Origin: Thermoanaerobaculia bacterium
GTDB lineage: Bacteria; Acidobacteriota; Thermoanaerobaculia; Multivoradales; Multivoraceae
Reading direction: 5' to 3'
Length of the DNA: 64,000 nucleotides
Assembly: GCA_963666565.1 (NCBI GenBank)
Contig: OY762911.1
Span: 2,304,001 to 2,368,000, forward strand
A model generated the notes under the pieces. It saw only the letters and a program-made list of their open reading frames with translations, was not told where the DNA came from and searched no databases. The position numbers and the translations under genes are program-made. Shown one piece after another: positions 43,204 through 53,473 of the stretch (position 1 is its first letter; the number at the start of each line of letters is the position of its first letter).

Positions 43204-45366
43204 TTACAGCACCCGGATCGGCGTCGACGAGGAGTGCTCGCGGTTCGACCGGTCGGTTACGACGACCGACAGGGTGTAGTCGCCCGCGGCGAGCTTCTTG
43301 CCCGCGACGAAGACGCCGGAGAGCTGAGACAGCCCGGAACCGGCCTGGGCGTCCGGAGCGAGGACGACCTCGCCGCCGTCGGCAACCTGTTCGCCGTTCG
43401 GCCGGAACACCTGGGTCCGAACCGACACCGGGCCGGCGCCGAGATCCGAGCCCACGAGACTGATCGGCGTCTCGCCGCCGGCCGTGACCTCGGGCCGCGC
43501 CGCCGGAATGAAGGGCTCGCCGCTGCGAAGGAAGGGGAAGCCGACGTCCTTGCGCTGCTCCGACTCCTCCTCGCGCAGGAGCACCCACTTGCCCGGCTGT
43601 TCCGGGAACAGGGGCGGCTGCAGCGTCGCCGCCTCGCCGGGCACCTCGAGCAGCGACGTGGTCAGCGCGCGGCGCCCCGTCGCGTCGTTGCGGATGAGCA
43701 CCCGCACCGAGTAGGTGCCCGGATCGAGGTCGAAGTGCCCCCAGTACTTCATTCCGCTCTGGCGGAGCGCCGGGCCGGCCTGCACGGAGTCGAGACCCAG
43801 CGCGCGGACGAAGAAGTCGCGCACGATGCCGTGCTCGTCCAGCGCGTAGGCGTAGATCTGGAGCGGCACCGTCCCGCCGTCGATGCCGGCGAGGAGATCC
43901 TCCCCGCGGGCCTCGATCAGCACCGGCGCGTAGGCCTTGCCGCTGGCGGCGGCGAACCCGGCGGCGAGGACGGCCGCGTCGATCTCGCCGGCCTCGACGC
44001 CGCCCATCACCTGTTGGGCCGAGGTCAGCGCCCGCTCGAAGGGGTTCGTCCGGGCGTAGGGCTTGGGCGCGTAGTAGCCCGGCCGGTGGACGATCTGGGT
44101 TCCGCGCGGAGCGTTCTTCAGCCGGACCCGCAGCCTGCGGAACTTGCCGTCGAACGTCAGGTCCGAAGGCTGGAAGGCGAGCAGGTAGGTCACGCTCGTG
44201 CGCTGCAGCATCTCGGACATCGCGTCGCCCAGGTCGGTGAAGTTGGCGAACACCTCGCCGCCGGTGTCTCTGGACATGAGAAAGAGCGAGTCCCGGTTGC
44301 TCTGGCCCTCGGTCAGCACCTCGGCGCTGACGTCGACGGACTGGATCGCGCAGTCCGCCTCGCGGAACCTGGTCAGCATCTCGTTGACCGAGCGCTGGGC
44401 GGACGAACTGCCGTAGATCTCCTCGCTGTTGACGCGCCAGGATTGGCCGTCGGCCGCCGCCTGCTGAATCTCCAGCATCCGGTCCTGCTCCCCGGCGGTG
44501 AGGCTGCGGTTGCCGACCAGGATGGAGCTGTCGAAGCCTTCCGAGAGGAAGACGACATGCTTGCGGCCCTGGACGGTTCCCATCCACGCCGCGAGTTCGC
44601 CCATCCCGGAGGTCAGGGCGGCGATGTCGCTGGCCGCCCGGTCGCGGTCGGCGGTCGCCTGCAGGCCCGCGAGCTCGGCGCGCTGCTGGGCGAGCAGCGC
44701 CTCGGAATCCAGCCCCGCGCGGTCGGCCGTCTCGCCGAGGAGGCCGTCGCCGGTCGGCAGTTCGCCGCCGAGGTCGCCGATGACGAGGCCCAGCGGGTCG
44801 CGGACCGCCTGACCGGTTTCGATCTTGCCCAGGGTCGCGATCGCCTGGCGGAGCTGGCTGCGGTCGGAGGTGAAGCCGAGCACGAGCCGCGGCCGGGTGT
44901 CGTAGAGGGCCACGGCGGCCAGGTCCGTCGGGTGCAGTTCGCGCAGCACGAGGTCGGCGGCGGCCTGCTGGGCGCGGCCCACGGAGTCGGGGGTGGAGAA
45001 CAGGAGGTCGAACAGGAGCAGGAAGTGCCGCCGCGCCGCCACCGGCACCGGCGTCTCCGAGACCTTGCCTTCGACGACCCCGAGGTCGACCATGTCGAAG
45101 CCGGTGATCTCGACCGGCCTGCGGCCGTCGAGGAGCTCGAAGTCGTCGCGGGTGAGGCCGCGCAGCGGGTCGCCGCCGCTGCTGACCTGCACCGGCACCT
45201 CGACGACGGTGACGGTGGTCGCTTCGCTGAACTCCGCTCTCTTCTGCCGGCGGCCGCGCTGGGCGTCGGCGGCGGCCGCGAGCAGCAGGGCGCCGGCGCA
45301 CAGGAGGGCGGCCGTTCGGGCCGCGGCGGGGGCGAATGGACGGTTGCCGGGTCTGGGATTCGTCAT
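43204..45366 (-). CDS. Acidobacterial-type VWA domain protein, exported
   Basis: VVEVPVQV...GLTRDDFEL, LLLFDLLFS, QGRKHVVFLSEG, DTGGEV, HRPGYYAP; AAGGGAG upstream. Confidence 0.88.
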   Translation of the reverse strand: MTNPRPGNRPFAPAAARTAALLCAGALLLAAAADAQRGRRQKRAEFSEATTVTVVEVPVQVSSGGDPLRGLTRDDFELLDGRRPVEITGFDMVDLGVVEGKVSETPVPVAARRHFLLLFDLLFSTPDSVGRAQQAAADLVLRELHPTDLAAVALYDTRPRLVLGFTSDRSQLRQAIATLGKIETGQAVRDPLGLVIGDLGGELPTGDGLLGETADRAGLDSEALLAQQRAELAGLQATADRDRAASDIAALTSGMGELAAWMGTVQGRKHVVFLSEGFDSSILVGNRSLTAGEQDRMLEIQQAAADGQSWRVNSEEIYGSSSAQRSVNEMLTRFREADCAIQSVDVSAEVLTEGQSNRDSLFLMSRDTGGEVFANFTDLGDAMSEMLQRTSVTYLLAFQPSDLTFDGKFRRLRVRLKNAPRGTQIVHRPGYYAPKPYARTNPFERALTSAQQVMGGVEAGEIDAAVLAAGFAAASGKAYAPVLIEARGEDLLAGIDGGTVPLQIYAYALDEHGIVRDFFVRALGLDSVQAGPALRQSGMKYWGHFDLDPGTYSVRVLIRNDATGRRALTTSLLEVPGEAATLQPPLFPEQPGKWVLLREEESEQRKDVGFPFLRSGEPFIPAARPEVTAGGETPISLVGSDLGAGPVSVRTQVFRPNGEQVADGGEVVLAPDAQAGSGLSQLSGVFVAGKKLAAGDYTLSVVVTDRSNREHSSSTPIRVL

Positions 45367-45428
45367 GGGCTGGCTCCCTTGGTCGGGGGATGCGGGTCTG
45401 GCCGCGGCGCCGCCGGGCCGGTCCCCGC

Positions 45429-47606
45429 TCAGTTGAGCACCTTGATGGGGATGGAGTTGGCGGGCCGAAGCCGGGTCGCCGGGTCGGTCACGGCGACGGT
45501 GAGAGTGTAGTCGCCGGCGGGCAGGTCCGCCGGGTCGAAGGCGGCGACGAGCTTGTCGAGGCCGGGGATGCCGGTCACCGTGCGTTCGCGCAGGCGGAGC
45601 GAGCCGCCGTCCACCGGGTCGCCTCGCGCGTCGATCAGGCTCGCCTCCAGGGCCAGGTCGCCGCGGCCCAGGTTGTAGCCGACGAGGCAGATCTCGGCGC
45701 CGGCGCCGTCCGCTCCCGCGCGCACCAGGGCCACCGCGGAGGGCACGTACGGCTCGCCGTTCACCGTGAAGGGGTAGACGGTCGTCTTCGCGTACCGGTC
45801 GGCGGGCTGTTCGCGGACGAGGAACCAGCTTCCCGCTTCCTCGTGGAAGAATGGCGGGAGGAGGAGGGGCTCGCCCGCGTCGAAGGCCGGAACCCGGATC
45901 TCCGCCGTCTCGACCCCGGTGGCGCCGGTGAGGCCGTTGCGGACGAGCACACGGAGCAGATAGCTGCCCGGGCCGAGTTCCAGGTGGCCGTAGTACTTGA
46001 GGCCCGTGTTGCCGAACGCGTCCTCGCGGCCCGACAAGTCGAGAGTGACGACGCGGCTGAAGAAGTCCCGCATCTCGGACTTCTCGTCCGTGACGTAGGC
46101 GTAGATCTCGACCGGCATGCGGGCCGGCTCGTGCCCCGCCAGCAACCCGTCGCCGCCGATCTCGACGATCACCGGCACGTAGGCCAGGTCGTCGGCGGCC
46201 CGGAACGGCGCCGCCAGCAGGTCGATGGCGAGGTCGTCCCGTTCGGCGGCCGCGGCGATCAGGTCGGACGCCAGGAGCCGCTTCTCCATCGGGTGGAGAT
46301 CGTCGAAGGGGCGCGGCGTGTAGTAGCCCATCCGGTGGGAGATCTGGGCGCCCTTCGGGGCCCGCGCCCGCACCCGGAGCCGGCGGTGTTCGCCGGGTTC
46401 GCCGGGGGTCGAAGGTTCGAAGCTGAGCAGGTAGGTGACCGTCGAGGACTCGAGCACCTCGCCCAGCTCGGCGCCGAAGTCGTTCGCGTCCTCGTGCAGG
46501 GCGCCGCCCGTCTCGTTGGCCAGGTAGTGGAGCGCGTCGCGGTGGACGATGCGGGTGCGGTGCTCCTCCGGCAGGTCGGCGCGCAGGCCGGAGATGTCGA
46601 CGGTGTGGATGGCGGCGTTCGCCCGCTGGAACTCGTTCAGCATCCGGTTGACGTGGCCTAGAAGCTGCGTGTTGCCGTAGCGGTTGTCCGTGTCGACGCG
46701 GCCGTATTGCCCGGTGTCGATGGCCTCCTGCTCGCGTTGCATCTCCTGGTCGAAGAAGTCCGGCTGGCGGCCGAACAGGAGCCGGCCGTCGAACCCCTCG
46801 GTGAAGAGGACCACGTGCTTGCGGCCCTGGACGCTGGAGAGGATGCGCGCCATCGCCTGGAGGGATCCGGTCCAGCTCGAGATCTGCCCGCGGGCGTAGC
46901 TCTTCTCGTACTTCGCCATCTCGTTGCCGATCACCTGGAGGTAGGCGTCGAGGTCGCGCTCCATGGCGCGGATGTCCTCGTTCACTCCGCCCACGTCGAG
47001 CGCGCCGGCGATGCTCGCACTGGGCGCGTCGATCATGAAACCGAGCGGGTCCTTGGTCGCCAGGTTGAGCAGGCGCGGATTGCCCAGCGTGGCGATGGCG
47101 CGCGCCAGTTGGGCCCGGTCGGGCGTGAACGTGATGAGCAGTTGCGGCCCCGACTCCACGGTATGGACGGCGACCGCGGCGAGGTCCGTCGGGTGCATGT
47201 GTTCCAGCACGAAGTCCTGCGCGGCGGCCCGCGCCTTGCCGACGGAAGTAGGCGCCGAGAACGAGAGGTCGAACAGGAACAGGAAGTGGCGGCGGGCCGC
47301 GGGCGGGATGCCGTAGTCGGCCTCGACTACGCGCCGCTCGTCGGGAGCGATCAGGTCGAGGTCGATCACCCGGAAGCCGGTGACCTCCTGGACTTCGCCC
47401 TCGTCGAGGATCTGGAAGTCGTCCGGTCCGAGGCCGCGCACGGGCTCGCCGCCGCGGGCGGTGACGTTCACCGGCACCTGGACCTCGAACACGAACGCGC
47501 GGTCGTCGAACTGGTGCAGTTCGTCCGGCCCCTGGGCCGGCCCTGGCGCGGCGCCCAGGAGCAGGCCGGCCAGAGCGACAACTCCGAATCTCCCGTACCG
47601 CAACAT
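45429..47606 (-). CDS. Acidobacterial-type VWA domain protein, paralog of 43204-45366
   Basis: AARRHFLFLFDLSFS, HPTDLAAVA, QGRKHVVLFTEG, ANETGG; signal peptide after ATG 47606. Confidence 0.88.
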   Translation of the reverse strand: MLRYGRFGVVALAGLLLGAAPGPAQGPDELHQFDDRAFVFEVQVPVNVTARGGEPVRGLGPDDFQILDEGEVQEVTGFRVIDLDLIAPDERRVVEADYGIPPAARRHFLFLFDLSFSAPTSVGKARAAAQDFVLEHMHPTDLAAVAVHTVESGPQLLITFTPDRAQLARAIATLGNPRLLNLATKDPLGFMIDAPSASIAGALDVGGVNEDIRAMERDLDAYLQVIGNEMAKYEKSYARGQISSWTGSLQAMARILSSVQGRKHVVLFTEGFDGRLLFGRQPDFFDQEMQREQEAIDTGQYGRVDTDNRYGNTQLLGHVNRMLNEFQRANAAIHTVDISGLRADLPEEHRTRIVHRDALHYLANETGGALHEDANDFGAELGEVLESSTVTYLLSFEPSTPGEPGEHRRLRVRARAPKGAQISHRMGYYTPRPFDDLHPMEKRLLASDLIAAAAERDDLAIDLLAAPFRAADDLAYVPVIVEIGGDGLLAGHEPARMPVEIYAYVTDEKSEMRDFFSRVVTLDLSGREDAFGNTGLKYYGHLELGPGSYLLRVLVRNGLTGATGVETAEIRVPAFDAGEPLLLPPFFHEEAGSWFLVREQPADRYAKTTVYPFTVNGEPYVPSAVALVRAGADGAGAEICLVGYNLGRGDLALEASLIDARGDPVDGGSLRLRERTVTGIPGLDKLVAAFDPADLPAGDYTLTVAVTDPATRLRPANSIPIKVLN

Positions 47607-47653
47607 GTCGGCGACTAGGCTACCAGCCGCCCGTCGGTGCGCGGTTCCCTCCG

Positions 47654-47758
47654 CTGGGTGCGCGGGTCTTCCGCTGGGTGCGCGGGTCTTTCTGACCCGC
47701 TTGCCGGCGCAGCCGGCCAAAAGAACGCGCCGGCCGTCAGGCCGGCTCCGCTCCGCTG
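47654..47758 (+). repeat. REP-like palindrome with partial duplication plus core half-element
   Basis: ctgggtgcgcgggtcttccg at 47654, full copy 47674-47700, tail shared with 13225-13270. Confidence 0.88.
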
Positions 47759-47761
47759 CCC

Positions 47762-48886
47762 CTACGGCGGCCCGCGTTCGATCAGCGCCGCGTACTTCCG
47801 CGCCTCCTCATGCGTCGCGTCCAGCCGCAGCGCCCTCTCCACATGGTGCTTCGCCTCGGCCATCCGTCCCGCCGCCAGATGGACCCGCGCCAGCCCGACG
47901 TGGACCTCCGGGATCTCGGAGTCCGCCCGCAGCGCCCGGCGCATGTAGTCGAGCGCCAGTTCGCCGTCCCCGGCCGCGAGCGCCGCGTCGCCCCGGTACA
48001 CGTAGAAGAACGGACTGGCCTGGTTCATCTCCTCGAGCGTGTCCAGGACCCCTCCGGCCAGGTCGTCGTGGCCCTGGAGCTGGTAGGCGCGGACCAGGTT
48101 CGTCAGCAGCGGCACGCTGTCCGGGTGGAGTTCGACGCCCTCCTCGAGCCGGCGCGCGGCGTCGTCGAGGCGGCCGCGCCGGAGCAGGACGATGCCGTAG
48201 TTGTTGATCGCCTTGTCGAAGTCCGGCGTGAGCCGGACAGCGATGTCCAGCCAGCGCTCGGCCTCGTCGAGCTCGTTCGCCATCAGCGCCTCGGCGCCGA
48301 GGTTGTTGTAGTAGTGCCCGGCGGCGGCGAGGTCGGTGATCGGCCGGAAGTCGCGGTACGACTTGGGCCGGTAGGGGAGGAAGTCGTACGTCGCCATCTC
48401 GCCGTCGACGTACATGCCGGCGACGATGTGGCCGCGGCTGACCACGACGCCGTCCTGGTAGTTCCAGCGCTGGTAGTCCTCCACCTCGACGAAGAAGGGG
48501 TTCAGCCGCCGCTCCCGCCCGACCGCCACGAACAGGTTGACGAACGACAGGCAGTTGCCGCGGGAATCGGCGAAGGTCTCGGCCGCCGTCCGGGTCGGCG
48601 TCAGTTCGTACTCCAGCCCGACCCGGCCGAAGATGAAGTCGAGCACCGCGTCGCGTCGCCGGGTCTCGCTGCCGGCGGGGCTGACGCGCTCGTCCACGGC
48701 CTCGCGCAGCTCTTCGTCCATCGCGAAGGGAACGACGACTCCTTCTTCCCAGCCGATTCCCAGGCGGCGCTCGAACTCGGGCGCCAGGGCCTGCTCGCCG
48801 TCGAACGGAACGTAGCCGGCGCAGCCGGCGGCGAGGGCCAGGAGGGGCGCCAGCGCGACGCGGGCCTTGCTGCGGGTGGACAACAT
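47762..48886 (-). CDS. Transglutaminase-like domain + TPR lipoprotein
   Basis: AAGC lipobox; GNCLSF (Cys), GHIVAG (His), YDF (Asp); YYNNLG followed by TPRs. Confidence 0.83.
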   Translation of the reverse strand: MLSTRSKARVALAPLLALAAGCAGYVPFDGEQALAPEFERRLGIGWEEGVVVPFAMDEELREAVDERVSPAGSETRRRDAVLDFIFGRVGLEYELTPTRTAAETFADSRGNCLSFVNLFVAVGRERRLNPFFVEVEDYQRWNYQDGVVVSRGHIVAGMYVDGEMATYDFLPYRPKSYRDFRPITDLAAAGHYYNNLGAEALMANELDEAERWLDIAVRLTPDFDKAINNYGIVLLRRGRLDDAARRLEEGVELHPDSVPLLTNLVRAYQLQGHDDLAGGVLDTLEEMNQASPFFYVYRGDAALAAGDGELALDYMRRALRADSEIPEVHVGLARVHLAAGRMAEAKHHVERALRLDATHEEARKYAALIERGPP

Positions 48887-49251
48887 GGTGCAACTACTGT
48901 ACGATGCGCGCACTCGACAGGTTCGATCCGCTGGCCGCGTCGGTCGCGGCGGAGCAGGGCTGACGGTCTTTGTCCGTCCTGTTGCCGTTGTTGGCTCGGG
49001 GTCGCGGCTTCGTGGCGGAACGATACCGGCCGATCGCCCTCGCGTGGCGGCCCGGATTCGCGCCGCCGAGGCCCGGCGAGCCGGTCAGGATGGTCGAGTC
49101 GGTTCAAGATAATGAACATGGAGCAGCTTCTTGGATTGCCCGCAGTCCCGGTGCGCGCCAATTTGGCGTCGCGCCGAGTCGGTCCTGCCGGAGAATCCCG
49201 CCGTGGCGCGGATTTTCGCGCGGCGCGTCAGGCGCCCGCACTCCGGCCGAT

Positions 49252-49268
49252 CTGGCACACGCCTTGCG
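49252..49268 (+). promoter_or_regulatory. Sigma-54 (RpoN) -24/-12 promoter of the TonB-dependent receptor
   Basis: CTGGCAC-ACGCC-TTGCG matches TGGCAC-N5-TTGC about 120 nt upstream of ATG 49389. Confidence 0.78.
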
Positions 49269-49388
49269 GGTACGTCCACACAGTCGGTGAGCCTTCGCGG
49301 CTCTTCCCAAACGGCGGGGGGTTCCCTCGCGTCGCGTGAGCGGCGCCGACCCACCCGTGAAACACACATCGGAGGGAGAATCGATCGT

Positions 49389-52283
49389 ATGAACAGACGC
49401 CTCGTTTCGACGTTCAGCGTCATCCTTTGTCTGCTCGTCGCCGGCGTGGCCTTTGGCCAGACGCCGACGGGCAATCTCTACGGCACGGTGACGGACGAGT
49501 CCGGCGCCGCGCTGCCGGGCGTCATGGTGACGGTCAGCGGCATCGGCGCGCCCCGGACGCAGTTCACCGATGGCCAGGGCCAGTGGCGCTTTCTGGCGCT
49601 CGACCCGGGCGCCTATACCGTCGCCGCCGAGCTCGATGGCTTCGGCGGCATCGAGTTCCCCGACGTCATCGTCGCTCTGGGCCGCAACACGAACGTGCCC
49701 CTGGTGCTGACCGCGGCGCTCGAGGAGACGATCACCGTCACTTCGGAGAGTCCCCTGCTCGACGAGCGGAAGCTCTCCACGGGCACCAACGTCAGCCAGG
49801 TCGAACTGGAGAAGATCCCGACCGCCCGCGACCCGTGGGCCCTGCTCTCGCAGACCCCGGGCGTTCTGGTCGACCGGGTGAACGTAGGCGGTTCGGAGTC
49901 GGGCCAGCAGGCCACGTTCCGCGCCCCGGGCGTGAGCGGCAACCAGAACGACTTCCAGATGGACGGCACGTCGATCACCGACATGGCGGCCACCGGCGCC
50001 TCGCCGACGTACTACGACTTCGACCAGTTCGCCGAGATGTCGTTCACGACCGGCGGCACGGACGTGACGAAGAACAGCGCCGGCGTCCAGGTCAACCTGG
50101 TGACGAAGCGCGGCAGCAACGAGTTCCGCGGTTCGGCCCGCTTCTACAACACGCAGCGGAACGGCTACTTCGGCGGTTCGCTCCCGCAGGCGCAGCCGGA
50201 CATCGAGGGCGAGCTGTACAAGGACAACTACCAGACCGACCTCGCCGGCGCGCAGGTCAGGAAGATCGAGGACATCGGCTTCGAGGCCGGCGGCGCCGCG
50301 ATCCAGGACCGCCTCTTCTTCTGGGGTAGCTGGGGTCAGAACGACATTCAGCAGAACGCGGCGACCGGTCTGGCCGACGACACGATCCTGGAGAACACGG
50401 CGCTCAAGGCCAACGGCCAGATCAACGCCTCGAACTCCATCGTCGGCTCGTTCAACAACGGCGACAAGCTGAAGTTCGGGCGCGGCGCGGGCACGATCCG
50501 CCCGGCGGCGACGACCTGGAACCAGCGCGGTCCCTCGGCCCAGTACCGGCTGGAGGACACGCACGTGTTCTCGTCGAACTTCTTCCTCACCGGCACCTAC
50601 TCGCACGGCGATTTCGGTTTCGCCCTGCGTGCCAGGGGAACCCGCTCGGACGAGAACGGAGTCCATCCGGACGCGCTCGACCCGCGCCGGGAGGCTGGCG
50701 TCTGGCAGGACAACTACCTGTCGGGCAGTAGCTCCCGTCCGTTCGACTCGTACCAGGTCGACACGTCCTACTTCTTCACCACGGGCGCGTCCGTCAACCA
50801 CGAGTTGAAGATCGGCGGGCGGTTCCGCGAGTTCACCCAGAACTCCGTGTTCCAGTGGGGGCCGCGGGACGTGTTCCACGGCGACTGGGGCGCCACGGTC
50901 GCGGTCCGCGATCACACGGGCGTCGCCGTTTCCGAGTACACGGCCCTCTGGGCCCAGGACACGATGACCTTCGGCCGGGCGACGATCAACTTCGGTCTCC
51001 GGTACGACGACCAGACCGGAGGGAACGAGCCGTACAGTCGGCCCGCCCATCCGGTGGCCGCCTACCGCGAGATCTTCCCGGAGACGAACTTCCGGGGCTC
51101 CGACGCCGGCTTCAGTTGGGGAACGATCGCACCGCGTCTGGGCGCCACCTACGCCATTGGCGAGCAGCGCAAGACGCTGATCCGGGCCAGCATCTCCCAG
51201 TTCTACGATCAGATGGGTTCGGGCTGGGTGACCAGGAACTCGCCGTTCGGCGCTTCCTACGCCTACTTCGACTCGGTCACCGGGGAGATGTACTACACGA
51301 GAGGATTCGATCCCGACAATCCGGTGAACGTGGTCGACGAGACGGATCCGGGCCTGGACGCTCCGCTCACCCGGGAGATCCTGGCTGCCGTGGAGCACGC
51401 CTTCCTGCCCGAGTTCGTCGTCGCCTTCACGGTGACGTCGCGGGAGGTCAGCGATCTGCTCGACACCTTCACGATCTTCCGGCAGCCGGACGGCAGCACG
51501 CGGATCCCGAACCGTAGCGACTACGAGCACGTCGGGACCCTGGAGACCGAGTTGCCTCGGATCGGCCGCAGCGTCAGCATCCCGTACTACGGCATCCCGA
51601 ACAGGGACCTCGTGGAGACGGGCGGCAGCTACGCGACGAACGGCGACCGCGGGCGCGACTATCTCGGCTACTCGATCAGCTTCACCAAGAGGCTGGCGAA
51701 CCGCTGGATGGCCCGCGGCTTCTACCAGTACGGCAAGGGCGAGTGCAGCATTCCGCGCTCCTACTACGACCACGCGAGCCCGAACGTCGGGCGGGCCGGT
51801 TGCCAGGACGGCGACCTCTTCCTGACCCGTTCTTCCGGCTCCGGCAAGGGCGAGCGGTTCCTGCAGGCCACCTGGAGCTACAGCCTGAACGGCATGTACC
51901 AGGTGGCGCCGGACCGGCCGTGGGGCTTCAACGTCTCCGCGAACCTGACCGGACGCGAGGGCTATCCTCTCGCCTACTGGGACAACTCGGTGACGGCGCC
52001 CTGGGGATCGCGGAATCCGCGCTTCTCGTTCAACGTCGTACCGGGTCAGGACTACGACCAGTACCGCCTGGACGACATCGAGACGATCGACTTCCGGGTC
52101 GAGAAGGAGATCGCCCTTCAGGGTCCGGTCAACATGACCTTCGGCATCGACGTGTTCAACGTGACGAACGAAGGCACCGGCCTCGCGTACCTGCTGAACA
52201 CGCGGTACACGAACGCCGGAAACCTGGACGACAACATCTCGCCGCGCATCTACCGCCTTGGCGTGCGGCTGGCCTGGAAGTAG
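49389..52283 (+). CDS. TonB-dependent receptor (Oar-like) with N-terminal carboxypeptidase-regulatory-like domain
   Basis: Signal peptide, GTVTDESGAALPGV.V, plug (IPTARDPWALL, NLVTKRGSNEFRGS), barrel ending PRIYRLGVRLAWK; GGAGGGAG upstream. Confidence 0.92.
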   Translation: MNRRLVSTFSVILCLLVAGVAFGQTPTGNLYGTVTDESGAALPGVMVTVSGIGAPRTQFTDGQGQWRFLALDPGAYTVAAELDGFGGIEFPDVIVALGRNTNVPLVLTAALEETITVTSESPLLDERKLSTGTNVSQVELEKIPTARDPWALLSQTPGVLVDRVNVGGSESGQQATFRAPGVSGNQNDFQMDGTSITDMAATGASPTYYDFDQFAEMSFTTGGTDVTKNSAGVQVNLVTKRGSNEFRGSARFYNTQRNGYFGGSLPQAQPDIEGELYKDNYQTDLAGAQVRKIEDIGFEAGGAAIQDRLFFWGSWGQNDIQQNAATGLADDTILENTALKANGQINASNSIVGSFNNGDKLKFGRGAGTIRPAATTWNQRGPSAQYRLEDTHVFSSNFFLTGTYSHGDFGFALRARGTRSDENGVHPDALDPRREAGVWQDNYLSGSSSRPFDSYQVDTSYFFTTGASVNHELKIGGRFREFTQNSVFQWGPRDVFHGDWGATVAVRDHTGVAVSEYTALWAQDTMTFGRATINFGLRYDDQTGGNEPYSRPAHPVAAYREIFPETNFRGSDAGFSWGTIAPRLGATYAIGEQRKTLIRASISQFYDQMGSGWVTRNSPFGASYAYFDSVTGEMYYTRGFDPDNPVNVVDETDPGLDAPLTREILAAVEHAFLPEFVVAFTVTSREVSDLLDTFTIFRQPDGSTRIPNRSDYEHVGTLETELPRIGRSVSIPYYGIPNRDLVETGGSYATNGDRGRDYLGYSISFTKRLANRWMARGFYQYGKGECSIPRSYYDHASPNVGRAGCQDGDLFLTRSSGSGKGERFLQATWSYSLNGMYQVAPDRPWGFNVSANLTGREGYPLAYWDNSVTAPWGSRNPRFSFNVVPGQDYDQYRLDDIETIDFRVEKEIALQGPVNMTFGIDVFNVTNEGTGLAYLLNTRYTNAGNLDDNISPRIYRLGVRLAWK

Positions 52284-52345
52284 TCCAGAACCGGAGGAAC
52301 ATGGCCTGACGTTCTGAACGAAGGGTCATGAACCGAAGCAAGCCG

Positions 52346-52381
52346 AGAGGGCCGGGGTTCATCCCCCGGCCCTCTTTTCTT
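52346..52381 (+). terminator. Rho-independent terminator
   Basis: agagggccgggg-ttcatc-ccccggccctct followed by a T-rich tail. Confidence 0.85.
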
Positions 52382-52407
52382 ATGCGGCCGGCTGGACGAA
52401 ACCGGCG

Positions 52408-52545
52408 CTGGGTGCGCGGGTCTTCCGACCCGCCGCCGCCGGAGGCGGCCGGAGAGCAGCGCCGGCCTTTGGCCGGCGGCCCTCTCATTCGGACCGCGCC
52501 GCTCCGCGGCTCTGCTCGTGGGCGGGCAGAGACCCGCCCACCCAG
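52408..52545. repeat. REPIN-like element with degenerate right end
   Basis: Forward copy 52408-52433, core gccgccggaggcggc...gccggcctttggccggc, degenerate reverse copy 52522-52545. Confidence 0.85.
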
Positions 52546-52667
52546 CGGACGGCGCCGTTGCCTTGGGCGACAGCGCAGCGGGAGCCGCTGTCCTTGCCAA
52601 CATCGGGCAGAACCTGACACCATCGGTGTTTGCTTGGCGGCAATAGGGCGTAACAGAGCAGGGAGAG

Positions 52668-53252
52668 ATGCCCATGTCCCGGTTCCAGCGGAATCCCAAG
52701 GCCGAGGCCGTGCTCGCGGCCCTCTGCGACCATCTGGGCGCAATGATGAAGACCCAGGCGGTCAAGTTCCCGTACCTCGTGGACGTCGTCGCGACGCGCG
52801 TATTGGGGGCGCCCATCACCGATGCTCGCTACGGAACGTGGAAGCATGGCGTCGTGTGCGAGCCGCTGTTCGCGATGCTGGAGCACAATCCGAAGGACGG
52901 TGGGTTCCACGTCGAACGTCCGCAGTACACCGAAACCCAGTCGGTTCGGCGCGACGCCGGATTGCCGCCGGAAGGGAGTCTGGGAGAGGCCGAACGCGCG
53001 ATCGTCCAGTACGTCGCCGACGAGTACGGCGGGCTGGCCGCGGATGAACTTGGCCTCCTGACGAAGCGGATGAATCCGGATGTGCCCGCGACAGCATGGG
53101 GAAACAACCGTGCCGCCAACGTCAACGAAGACGCCTACGACCGTTTGACGGATGCGTACCAGGAGATGGCCTCGATGCTCGATGGCCTCAACTCGCGGAC
53201 TCTCTGGGCGAACGTGCAGCCGCTCCCGAACGATCCCGCGGACTGGGTCTGA
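52668..53252 (+). CDS. Panacea-domain (DUF4065/SocA-like) antitoxin
   Basis: KTQAVKFPYLVD...GAPITDARYGTWKHGVV...YGGLAADELGLLTK...AW resembles the Panacea pattern (KLxYxxD, PIT, HGPV, LTH...PW). Start 52668 or 52674. Confidence 0.75.
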   Translation: MPMSRFQRNPKAEAVLAALCDHLGAMMKTQAVKFPYLVDVVATRVLGAPITDARYGTWKHGVVCEPLFAMLEHNPKDGGFHVERPQYTETQSVRRDAGLPPEGSLGEAERAIVQYVADEYGGLAADELGLLTKRMNPDVPATAWGNNRAANVNEDAYDRLTDAYQEMASMLDGLNSRTLWANVQPLPNDPADWV

Positions 53253-53272
53253 TTGACCGTTGATCGTCTGGG

Positions 53273-53345
53273 TTCACGACGACACTCATCGACCGCCTGC
53301 TGCACCACTCCTCACGCTCCGCCGTCGTCGTGCCGTCGCTCCGGC
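53273..53345 (+). pseudogene. Possible short remnant of an IS21-family istB (ATPase) 3' end
   Basis: Translates FTTTLIDRLLHHSS, resembling the IstB motif AILDRLLHH; preceded by in-frame stop at 53261. Very short match. Confidence 0.4.
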
Positions 53346-53473
53346 GTCCTTGGGGTCAAGAGGATCGGAGGCCGATTCTCCCTTTCCGGGCGGCAGTCCG
53401 ATGGGCCGTCTTGTCCAGAGAGAGTAGCACTACAGCAGCGGACAGGCGACCGAGGAAGCAGTCGAAGGCGGTT

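Noticed and set aside
49203-49220. Second sigma-54-like sequence TGGCGCGGATTTTCGC
   Set aside because: Spacing and -12 element deviate from consensus, and a much better site lies at 49253.
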